Positions 56,190 to 64,000 of a stretch of 64,000 nt of DNA are shown piece by piece. Both the position numbers and the translations under genes were made by a program. The notes beneath the pieces are model-generated. The model ran no database searches, was not told the DNA's origin, and saw only the letters and a list, made by a program, of their open reading frames with translations. Location: the NCBI GenBank assembly GCA_040218735.1, contig JAVJQW010000023.1:352001-416000 (forward strand), written 5' to 3'. The DNA comes from Deltaproteobacteria bacterium. Lineage in GTDB: Bacteria > Myxococcota > Kuafuiibacteriia > Kuafuiibacteriales > Kuafuiibacteriaceae. Numbering within the stretch: position 1 is the first letter of the stretch; every line of letters starts with the position of its first letter.

Positions 56190-57036
56190 GCCCGCGCGGA
56201 TCGATCTCGAGGTCCACGAGCTTCATCCCCGTCTCCTCGGCGACACGCGCACCGACGTCCGGGTCCTCCGCGAACACCACCACCACGTCGCCGCCGCCGG
56301 CGCCGCTCGGCTTTGCGGCGCCGCCGTGCTGGGAGGCGATACGGATCGCGGCGTCGATCTCGTCGGTGACGATCGGCGTCCCGGCGTCCCGGCCTAGTCC
56401 GCCCATCGCCCGCCCGTACCGGTCGACGATCGAGAGGAAGCGCCGCACCTCGCCGCGGCTCCACGCATCGATCCCCTGCTCGGCCAACGGCACGAGCACG
56501 TTCATCCAGTGCGACCACTTCGACGAGGCCTGGGCCTTCGCGACCATCTCGGAGGTGTTCGCGCTCTGGTTCGCAAAGAGCACCGACAGCGTCAGCCCGG
56601 GCAGGCGCGACGGTAGCGGCTGCACGGTCCCGGGCTGACGGTCCGCCGCGATCACCCCACCGAAGTAGCTCGACGCGACGTCGATCCCGCTGCCTCCGCC
56701 GTTCGCCGCGCGGTGGGCCGACACCGCGAGCTGCAGGACATCCTCGGCGCCGGAGTCCAACACGAGCGCCGCCGTCGTCACGGCGACCGCCGCCGAGGAG
56801 CCGATGCCGAGCTTCTTCCCGTTCCACTGAAACGAAGACGTGTCGATCTTGATCGAACCGCGGACATCCCGTCCGCCCTCCTCGAGCACGGCGCGCACGA
56901 TCGGCGAAGCGTCGACGACCTCCTCCACCACGTCCCCGACCGCGCGGCGGTTCACGGCGCCGACCATCGCCATCGCGCCGTCGAGCACGGCGTAGTCGCC
57001 GAGCAGGACGAGCTTCCCGGGTGCGGAGACCGTCAA
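56173..57036 (-). CDS. GHMP kinase, phosphomevalonate-kinase-like
   Basis: SAPGKLVLLGDYAVL, KLGIGSSAA, GSGIDVA, KPSGAGGGD; TTG overlaps the mvaD stop. Confidence 0.85.
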   Translation of the reverse strand: MTVSAPGKLVLLGDYAVLDGAMAMVGAVNRRAVGDVVEEVVDASPIVRAVLEEGGRDVRGSIKIDTSSFQWNGKKLGIGSSAAVAVTTAALVLDSGAEDVLQLAVSAHRAANGGGSGIDVASSYFGGVIAADRQPGTVQPLPSRLPGLTLSVLFANQSANTSEMVAKAQASSKWSHWMNVLVPLAEQGIDAWSRGEVRRFLSIVDRYGRAMGGLGRDAGTPIVTDEIDAAIRIASQHGGAAKPSGAGGGDVVVVFAEDPDVGARVAEETGMKLVDLEIDPRGLSRRG

Positions 57037-57995
57037 GGCATCGCCTCGATCGAGTGCGCCCCTTCGCCGATCTTCGACACGAGCACGGTGGCCACCTCCG
57101 GGTGCTCGATCAGCGTCGCCGCCACGGTGTCCACGTGGTCGGGCGTCGTGAACGCGACGACGTGCGGCCCTGCGTCGATCGTGAAGAAGACCGGTGTCCC
57201 CTCCGCGCGCATCGTACGCACCTGGTCGATCGCCCACAACGTCGACGGCCCGAAGTAGATGATGCCGGGCCGCGCCGCCATCGCGTCGGCGTGCATCGCG
57301 AGGCAGTTGCCCTCCACGATCTCCGCGAGCCGCTCGATGTCCCCGGAGCGTGCAACCTCGATTGCGGCGCCTAGGTCTCGCTCCACCGTCGCGAGCCAAG
57401 CCTCGTGGTACGGGCTCGTGGTGCGCGTGCGCTCCATCCCCTCGGTGGAGCCGATCTTCTTCTCCCCGGCGTTGGCCACCGCAATCGCCGCGCACAGCTC
57501 GAGGTCGATCGCGACCGGCTCGGCCGCGGCGTCGTGGCCGTCCTCCGCGACCCCGGCGTTCATCTTCGCCCAACCGTCGAAGATGCTCCGCGCCGCGCTC
57601 CCCGAACCGCGCCGCGCGAGCACCGACAGCTCGGTCGGTGAAAGCGCCTTGTCGAACGCCTCCGCGGTCGCCACCGCGAGCGCCGCGAAGGCCGACGCGG
57701 AAGACGCGAGCCCCGCTGCGGTCGGGAACGTGTTCAGGCTCGTCACGCGCACCGCGCCGGTGTCGCGCACGAGATCCACGAACTTGGAGATCCGCGCGAG
57801 CGCCTTGCCGTCGACCTGGACCCCGTCGAGCACGAGTTCGTCCGTGTCGCCGTCGATGCGTTCGACCTGCGTGTACGTGCGGAGTCGGTCCAACGTGAGG
57901 GAGAGGCTACCGGCGGCGGGGAGGTTCAGCGCGGCGTCCCGCTTGCCCCAGTATTTGACGAGCGCGATGTTCGCGCAGGCGGTCGCGACGGCCAC
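57033..57995 (-). CDS. mvaD: Diphosphomevalonate decarboxylase
   Basis: NIALVKYWGK, PTAAGLASSAS, RGSGSAARS, TIDAGP. Confidence 0.95.
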   Translation of the reverse strand: MAVATACANIALVKYWGKRDAALNLPAAGSLSLTLDRLRTYTQVERIDGDTDELVLDGVQVDGKALARISKFVDLVRDTGAVRVTSLNTFPTAAGLASSASAFAALAVATAEAFDKALSPTELSVLARRGSGSAARSIFDGWAKMNAGVAEDGHDAAAEPVAIDLELCAAIAVANAGEKKIGSTEGMERTRTTSPYHEAWLATVERDLGAAIEVARSGDIERLAEIVEGNCLAMHADAMAARPGIIYFGPSTLWAIDQVRTMRAEGTPVFFTIDAGPHVVAFTTPDHVDTVAATLIEHPEVATVLVSKIGEGAHSIEAMP

Positions 57996-58043
57996 GGGGT
58001 TCGGTTAGCGCCCGTGGCCGCCACGAGCAAGTGGCGCAAACGC

Positions 58044-60272
58044 TCAGCGGGCGACCAGCCCCACGGCGGTCTCCGGGAGGTCCTGGAGCGAAGGGCGCTG
58101 CAGGAGCACGCCCTCGTCACCGATGGCGTAGATGCTGATCGTGTCGTCGCGACCGTTGAGCACGTACAGGTACGCATCCTCGGTCGTGGCGGCGTCGAGC
58201 GGCCCGTCGCCGGCCTGCGCGCTCCACAGCAACGTCAGCGCGCCGTTCGCGCCGATCGCGTAGGCGGTCACGTTGTCGGAGCGTGTGTTGGTCACGTACG
58301 CGTAGTCGCCGTAGATCGCGACCCAGCAGGGCGCGCTCTGACCGCTCTCGACCGAGGCAGCCATCGTCTCCAGCGAACCCGCCGAGGAGACGCGGTAGCT
58401 GCTCGCCGTGCCCTCCCCCGCGTCGCCGCCGGCCGCCTCGGAGACCACGATTGCGCCGTCGTCGGTGATTGCGAAGCCGAACGGCGTACGGCCGTGCGAC
58501 GTGTGCACCACCGGCGTCCCGGCGAGGCCGTCGGTCACCGCGTACGTCGTGATGTGGTCGGTGCCCTTCTCGGTGAGCACGAGCAACGCGCCTTCGTCGG
58601 CGAAGGAGATCTGCCCCGGGCCGGGGTTCTCGGCGCTCATCGGACGGCTCGAGCCGGGGATGGGCGTGAGCGAGTCACCGTCGATCCGAAGGCCGCTGAT
58701 GTTGGCCCCGTTGTCGTCGTCGCCTGCGTTCGCCACGTAGACCAGGTCGCCGTCCACCGCGACGGACCGCGGCGACACACCACCCGCGCTCGCGGTGTCG
58801 AGGAGCGTGAGGGAGCCGTCCGTCTCGACACGGAGCATCGACACGGTGTGGTCGCCCGCGTTTACCGCGAAGACGAGCCCGTCTGCGTGAACGATCGCGT
58901 TCTGCGAACCGAGGCCACGGCCGCGCCCCACGCCGCCCGACGCGGTCGAGCCGAGGAAGGTGAGACCGCCGTCGATCGCACGGACGTAAGCGAGGATGTC
59001 GTTGCCGGTGTCCGCGTTGGACATCGTGTAGATGGCGCGCGGGCCAGCGGCGACGCCCACCGCGTCCGCGGGGAGGCCGGTGACGGTCGGCAGCGTCTGC
59101 AGCGTCCCGTTCGAGGTGTTGACCGCGTAGATGCTGAACGAGTCGTCGGCCGCGTTGAGGATGTAGAGGAAGTCGTCGGCGACGATCGCGTCGATCGGCG
59201 CGTCGCCCGTGGGCGCCGACCACGTGTACGTCAGCGAACCGTCGGCGCCGATGTCGTAGCCGCTCACGTTGTCGCTCGCGGTGTTCGTCACGTACGCGAA
59301 GCTCCCGGCGAGGACGACCCAGCAAGGGGCGCTCTGCTCGGTGCGCACCGCGGCGGAGACCGCGCTGAGCGTGCCGTCGAGGGTGCCGAGCGCGTAGGTG
59401 CTGGTGGCGCCCGCGTTGTCCGCGCCGCCGAAGGCCTCCGAGACGATGAGGTGACCGTCATCGCTGAACGCGAAGCCGAAGGGCGTCATACCGACGGAGG
59501 CGTGCGTGATGGCGGGGTCCGCGACGCCGTTCACGACCGGGAAGATGTCGATCGAGTCAGTGCCCTTCTCGGTGACGATCAGGCTGCTGCCGTCCGGCGA
59601 GAATTCGATCTGGCCAGGGCCGACGGCCGCCATGCTCAGCGCGCGCGAGGAGCCTTCGATCGGCGCGAGCGCGTCGTTGGTGATCGAGAAGCCAGCGATG
59701 TTCGCGGGGACGGCTTCGTCGCCCGCGTTGACGACGTAGACGAGGTCGCCGCGCGCCGTGATGCTGACGGGCGCGACGCCCTGCGCGTCGACGGTGGAGA
59801 GGGACTCGAGCGTCCCGTCTTCGTGGAGCGCGAGCATCGACACGGTGTCGTCGCCCGCGTTGACGGCGAAGAATCGATCCGTCGCGTCATCGAACACGAG
59901 TCCGCCCTGGCTGCCGAGGCCCATCCCCGAGCCCATGCCGCCGGTGGGGAACGAATCGAGGAACGTGAGCGCGCCGTCTTCGGTCGAGCGTGCGTAGACG
60001 AGGACGGCGTTGCCGGTGGGATCGTTCGAGAGGGTGTAGACGGCGGCGGGTGCGTCCGGTGCTTCGATCACGCCGGCGTCCGTCGTCGTGCCGGCGTCGA
60101 CGATCTCACCTCCGTCACGAACGACACCGCCGTCGCGTGGTGTCTCGATGGTGCGGCGCATGCCGCCGTCGCGCGGCGGGGTGGTGTCGGCGGGCTCCTC
60201 CTCGGCGGCGTTACAGCCGACGAAGGCGAGCGTGAGACAGAGGGAGGTCGAGAGAAGACGTACGGGTGCCAT
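58044..60272 (-). CDS. Lipoprotein with two tandem lactonase-like beta-propellers
   Basis: Lipobox FVGC; duplicated AVYTLSN/AIYTMSN, GLGSQ, TPFGFA, QSAPCWV blocks. Confidence 0.85.
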   Translation of the reverse strand: MAPVRLLSTSLCLTLAFVGCNAAEEEPADTTPPRDGGMRRTIETPRDGGVVRDGGEIVDAGTTTDAGVIEAPDAPAAVYTLSNDPTGNAVLVYARSTEDGALTFLDSFPTGGMGSGMGLGSQGGLVFDDATDRFFAVNAGDDTVSMLALHEDGTLESLSTVDAQGVAPVSITARGDLVYVVNAGDEAVPANIAGFSITNDALAPIEGSSRALSMAAVGPGQIEFSPDGSSLIVTEKGTDSIDIFPVVNGVADPAITHASVGMTPFGFAFSDDGHLIVSEAFGGADNAGATSTYALGTLDGTLSAVSAAVRTEQSAPCWVVLAGSFAYVTNTASDNVSGYDIGADGSLTYTWSAPTGDAPIDAIVADDFLYILNAADDSFSIYAVNTSNGTLQTLPTVTGLPADAVGVAAGPRAIYTMSNADTGNDILAYVRAIDGGLTFLGSTASGGVGRGRGLGSQNAIVHADGLVFAVNAGDHTVSMLRVETDGSLTLLDTASAGGVSPRSVAVDGDLVYVANAGDDDNGANISGLRIDGDSLTPIPGSSRPMSAENPGPGQISFADEGALLVLTEKGTDHITTYAVTDGLAGTPVVHTSHGRTPFGFAITDDGAIVVSEAAGGDAGEGTASSYRVSSAGSLETMAASVESGQSAPCWVAIYGDYAYVTNTRSDNVTAYAIGANGALTLLWSAQAGDGPLDAATTEDAYLYVLNGRDDTISIYAIGDEGVLLQRPSLQDLPETAVGLVAR

Positions 60273-60346
60273 GGGGGCCTTTCTGCGTCCGTCCGCGAGC
60301 GAACGGGTTCGAGGGGGACGGCCGGCGTCGCCGGCGTCGGGGGGTG

Positions 60347-60372
60347 TACGCGGCCCTAGGCGGGATCGTTAC
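60347..60372 (-). promoter_or_regulatory. Possible ECF-sigma promoter for the double-propeller gene
   Basis: GTAACG-N16-CGTA on the minus strand. Confidence 0.3.
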
Positions 60373-60429
60373 GGTCGCACGAAAAGTGCGTAAGCGTTTT
60401 GTAATCCGGACGGACGTCCGGGGTGCGGA

Positions 60430-62271
60430 TCACACTTCGTCTTCTTCGAGGCGGGCGGTGCGCTTCGGACGCATGTTCGTGCGCAGCTCTTTCTTGCGCA
60501 GCCGAATCGCCTTCGGCGTGACTTCGATCAACTCGTCCTCGTCGATCCATTCAATGGAAGCCTCGAGCCCCATCTTCTTCGGCGTGCTGAGGACGGTGTT
60601 CTCGTCCTTACCCGCCGCGCGGATGTTCGTGAGCTTCTTCTCGCGGCAGGCGTTCACCGGGAGGTCCGCCTCGCGCGAGTGCTCGCCGAGGATCTGCCCC
60701 TCGTAGACGTCGAGGCCGGAGCCGAGGAAGAGCTTGCCGCGCGGCTGCAGGTTGAACAGCGCGTACGGCGTCGTCTTGCCGGCGCGGTCCGAGACGATCG
60801 CGCCGTTCGGACGGCGCGCGACCTTGCCCTGGTACGGCGCCCAGCCGTCGACGAGGCTGTTGAGGATGCCGGTGCCGCGCGTCTCCGTGAGGAACTCCGA
60901 GCGGAAGCCGATCAGCCCGCGCGACGGGATGCGGTACTCCATCTTCACGCGCCCGCCGCCGGCCTGCTTCATCTCCAGCATCTGTCCGCGACGCGGTGCG
61001 AGGCGCTCCGTGACCGTGCCGATGTACGCCTCGGGGACGTCGATCGTGACGCGCTCCATCGGCTCCGACAGCACGCCATCGATCTCCTGCGTCACGACCT
61101 CCGGCTTCGAAAGCTGCAGCTCGTAACCCTCGCGGCGCATCGTCTCGACGAGCACCGAGAGCTGCAGCTCACCGCGGCCCGCGACCTCGAAGACGTCCGG
61201 CGTGTCGCCGTCCTTCACGCGGATCGACACGTTCTGCTGCGCGGCCTTGTACAGGCGCTCGCGCACCTGACGCGACGTCACGTACTTGCCGTCGAGCCCG
61301 GCGAACGGCGAGTCGTTGATGCGGAAGTTCATGCGCAGCGTCGGCGGGTCGACCTCGATGCGCTCCAGCGGCGGCGTCTCGGGATCCGACACGACGGTGT
61401 CGCCGATCTCCACGTCCTCGATCCCCGCCAGCGCGATGATGTCCCCCGCGCCGACCTCGGCGACCTCGGTGCGGCCGAGGCCCTCGAACGCGTACAGCTT
61501 CATCGCCTTCGCGTTCCGCGCCTTGCCATCGCGACCGATGTAGTAGAGCGGCTCGTTCTTCTTGAGGCGCCCCGCGATGACTCGACCGATCGCGATGCGA
61601 CCGACGTAGTCGTCGTACTCGGTGTTCGCGATGAGGATCTGCGTCGGCTCGTCGCGACGATCGATCGGGCCGGGGAGGCGCGCGACGATCTCGTCGAACA
61701 GCGGCTTCAGGTTCTCGGAGGTGTCCTCGAGCTTCTTGCGCGCGACACCGTCGCGGCCGATCGCGTACACGACCGGGAAGTCGAGGATGTCCTCGTGGAC
61801 GTCGAGCTCGATGAAGAGATCGTAGATCTCGTCGAGGACCTCGGCGGGGCGAGCGTCGCCGCGGTCGATCTTGTTGACCACGACGATCGGTTTCAGCCCG
61901 GCCTCGAGCGCCTTCGACAGGACGAAGCGCGTCTGCGGCAGCGGGCCCTCCGCGGCGTCGACGAGCAGCAGCACACCGTCGGCGAGCGTGAGCACACGCT
62001 CGACCTCGCCACCGAAGTCCGCGTGGCCGGGGGTGTCGAGGATGTTCAGCTTGATGTCGCCGTAGTGGATCGCGGTGTTCTTCGCGAGGATGGTGATCCC
62101 GCGTTCGCGCTCCTGGTCGTTGCTGTCCATGACGCGATCCGGGCGCGCCTGGTTGTCGCGGAAGATGCCCGCCTGCGCGAGCATGGCGTCGACGAGCGTC
62201 GTCTTCCCGTGGTCGATGTGGGCGACGATCGCGAAGTTCCGCAGATCGGCGCGGCGATTCTCCTGAGCCAA
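60430..62271 (-). CDS. typA: Translational GTPase TypA/BipA
   Basis: [49 protein letters not shown]; TTG after a GAGGAG RBS. Confidence 0.97.
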   Translation of the reverse strand: MAQENRRADLRNFAIVAHIDHGKTTLVDAMLAQAGIFRDNQARPDRVMDSNDQERERGITILAKNTAIHYGDIKLNILDTPGHADFGGEVERVLTLADGVLLLVDAAEGPLPQTRFVLSKALEAGLKPIVVVNKIDRGDARPAEVLDEIYDLFIELDVHEDILDFPVVYAIGRDGVARKKLEDTSENLKPLFDEIVARLPGPIDRRDEPTQILIANTEYDDYVGRIAIGRVIAGRLKKNEPLYYIGRDGKARNAKAMKLYAFEGLGRTEVAEVGAGDIIALAGIEDVEIGDTVVSDPETPPLERIEVDPPTLRMNFRINDSPFAGLDGKYVTSRQVRERLYKAAQQNVSIRVKDGDTPDVFEVAGRGELQLSVLVETMRREGYELQLSKPEVVTQEIDGVLSEPMERVTIDVPEAYIGTVTERLAPRRGQMLEMKQAGGGRVKMEYRIPSRGLIGFRSEFLTETRGTGILNSLVDGWAPYQGKVARRPNGAIVSDRAGKTTPYALFNLQPRGKLFLGSGLDVYEGQILGEHSREADLPVNACREKKLTNIRAAGKDENTVLSTPKKMGLEASIEWIDEDELIEVTPKAIRLRKKELRTNMRPKRTARLEEDEV

Positions 62272-62351
62272 AGCGCGCTCCTCATGACGGGGCGCGTCGA
62301 GAGGGTCAAACAAAAACGCTGCGACAGCCCCGAAACCACCCGAGAACAACC

Positions 62352-63119
62352 CTAGAACGGGGAATCTGGAGCGGCTTCATCAGGGTCCGACCGCAGGAAG
62401 AAGGTCGCGTCGATGAGGACGGTCCAGTCGCTCGTGAACGGCCGGAACAGCGCGGCGTCGTCGCCGAGGACCAGGCTGGACGCCAGGACGGTCGCCCGCA
62501 GCTCGCCGAATGCGGCTTTGTGGCGCTCGAGCGTGTACGCGATTCGGCCGCCGAACTGGAGGAGCGCCGCACTCGAGGTCCTCAGGTTCGGGACGCTGAA
62601 CTTCGCGAGCGCGTCGATGGTCAGGTGATCCGTCGTCTGGATCCGAACCTCGGCCGGGACGCGCACGCCGTACTGTGCCGGGGACGCGATGGCGCCGAAG
62701 ACCCCCGGCTCCAGATTCACGGCGAGGAGGGAACCCACGTGCAGCCGCATGGGTACGGACGCCGCGAAGTCGATCGCGTCGTTCACCGGCACCTCGACCT
62801 CGCCCTTCACCGCGAGCTCGAGCTGACTGTCGAGGAGGCGGTAGGTGATGTACCCGCTCGGCGCGTCGATCCCCGAGCTGGGGTCCTCCGAGAGCGTGAG
62901 GCGGATGAGGTTGAGCCCGACCTCCATGTCGTTCGACACGCCGTACCCCGCGCCGAGGAAGATGCCGACGACGGCGGTTTCACCCGCGCGCGTCACGTAG
63001 AGATCGGGTTCGAGGCCGAAGTGATCCTCCAGCAGCGTCACCGGTCGATCGACGGCGCGCACCGGCATCGTGGACGGCGGCGTGCGGTCCGACGCGAGCG
63101 CGGGGCTCGCCAGGAACAA
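62352..63119 (-). CDS. Probable outer-membrane beta-barrel protein (start may be 63146)
   Basis: Signal-peptide end PALA; amphipathic strands (GAGYGVS..EVG). Confidence 0.65.
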   Translation of the reverse strand: MFLASPALASDRTPPSTMPVRAVDRPVTLLEDHFGLEPDLYVTRAGETAVVGIFLGAGYGVSNDMEVGLNLIRLTLSEDPSSGIDAPSGYITYRLLDSQLELAVKGEVEVPVNDAIDFAASVPMRLHVGSLLAVNLEPGVFGAIASPAQYGVRVPAEVRIQTTDHLTIDALAKFSVPNLRTSSAALLQFGGRIAYTLERHKAAFGELRATVLASSLVLGDDAALFRPFTSDWTVLIDATFFLRSDPDEAAPDSPF

Positions 63120-63209
63120 ACCGAGAGCGACGACAGCGAAGCGGATGCCTCCAGCCGACCACCAACCGATCCGCCGCGCAAGTAAACGGCGGTGTTACGC
63201 TGCCGCGCG

Positions 63210-64000
63210 ATGGTCGAACGCCTCCTCTTCTTCGCCGAGCGCTACGCGCCGGACATCGGCGGCCTCGCGGTCAGCGGCACTCGGACGGCACGCGCCCTCG
63301 CGCGCCTCGGCGTACAGGTCGACGTGCTCGCATGGACGAAGACCCTCCCCCCCGGCGCGCTCGAGACCACCGAGACCCCGGACGGACCGACGCTGCACCG
63401 GCTCGGGCTGTTCGCGAGCTGGGACCTGTCGATGCAGCACACGACGAACGTGCTGACCTGGCTCCACGGCGAACGACACTACGACGCCGCGTGGGGGCAC
63501 TACCTTCAGCCGGCTGGGTTCGCCGCCACGATGTTTGCGAAGACCCACCGGCTCCCCGTCGCGGTGAGCGCGCGCGGCAACGACGTCGACCAGATGATGT
63601 TCCCGCCCGGCGACTTCGCGCGGCTGATGTGGACCCTCGAACGCGCCGATGTCCGCACCGCGCCGTCCCGCGATCTCGGTGACAAGATCGACGTGCTCCT
63701 CGGCCGGGACGCGGAGGTGATCGTCGTGCCGAACGCGGTGGACGGCGAGGTCTTCGCACCCGCGTCGCGCGACGACACCCTCGCGGCCGAGCTCGGCGTC
63801 GAACCCGGCGAGCTCGTCCTCGGCTTCTCGGGCGAGCTGCGCCACAAGAAGGGCTTCCCGTTCCTGCTCTCCACACTCGTCGAGGTGCGCACGCAGCGGC
63901 CCGCGTGCCTGCTCGTGGTCGGCGAGGTGCGCGCGCGCGAGCAGCAACACTTGGTCGCCTTCGCGGGCGAGCACCCGGAGGCGGCGGCGCGGATCCTCGT
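63210..64000 (+). CDS. GT4 family glycosyltransferase (partial, runs off window end)
   Basis: Hand translation: Y.P.IGG, ARGND, VPNAVD..F, GELRHKKG. Confidence 0.88.
   Translation, partial: MVERLLFFAERYAPDIGGLAVSGTRTARALARLGVQVDVLAWTKTLPPGALETTETPDGPTLHRLGLFASWDLSMQHTTNVLTWLHGERHYDAAWGHYLQPAGFAATMFAKTHRLPVAVSARGNDVDQMMFPPGDFARLMWTLERADVRTAPSRDLGDKIDVLLGRDAEVIVVPNAVDGEVFAPASRDDTLAAELGVEPGELVLGFSGELRHKKGFPFLLSTLVEVRTQRPACLLVVGEVRAREQQHLVAFAGEHPEAAARIL

Overview
High-GC (about 70%) bacterial chromosomal segment, most likely from a myxobacterium-like Myxococcota. This is suggested by a MYXO-CTERM-like sorting tail, AgmX/PglI-type TonB_C domains, mevalonate-pathway genes, a Ser/Thr kinase, many lipoproteins and Myxococcus-type LexA half-sites. 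It holds about 50 real genes; most long ORFs in the track are antisense shadows. Contents: an asnB/glycosyltransferase surface-modification cluster, a di-heme cytochrome c-DM13 fusion, srkA-SMUG1-PIG-L, a NifA-like activator divergent from amt, a low-GC two-gene islet, a split imuB/dnaE2 mutasome with no adjacent imuA, TetR/P450, an S8 protease, a FabH-like synthase, mvaD plus a GHMP kinase, and typA. No rRNA, tRNA, CRISPR array or transposase was seen. Four observations stand out. (1) A 1927-aa protein with no signal peptide combines a helical body, a hydrophobic translocation-like core and a C-terminal His/Cys caspase-fold protease motif. (2) Three sigma54 promoters each place the start codon exactly 15 nt after the -12 C, implying near-leaderless sigma54 mRNAs. 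(3) A 27-bp alternating purine-pyrimidine palindromic tract lies in the enhancer zone of the giant gene. (4) One polypeptide appears to fuse ExbB-, ExbD- and TonB_C-like parts. All family assignments come from motif recognition by eye, not from database searches.
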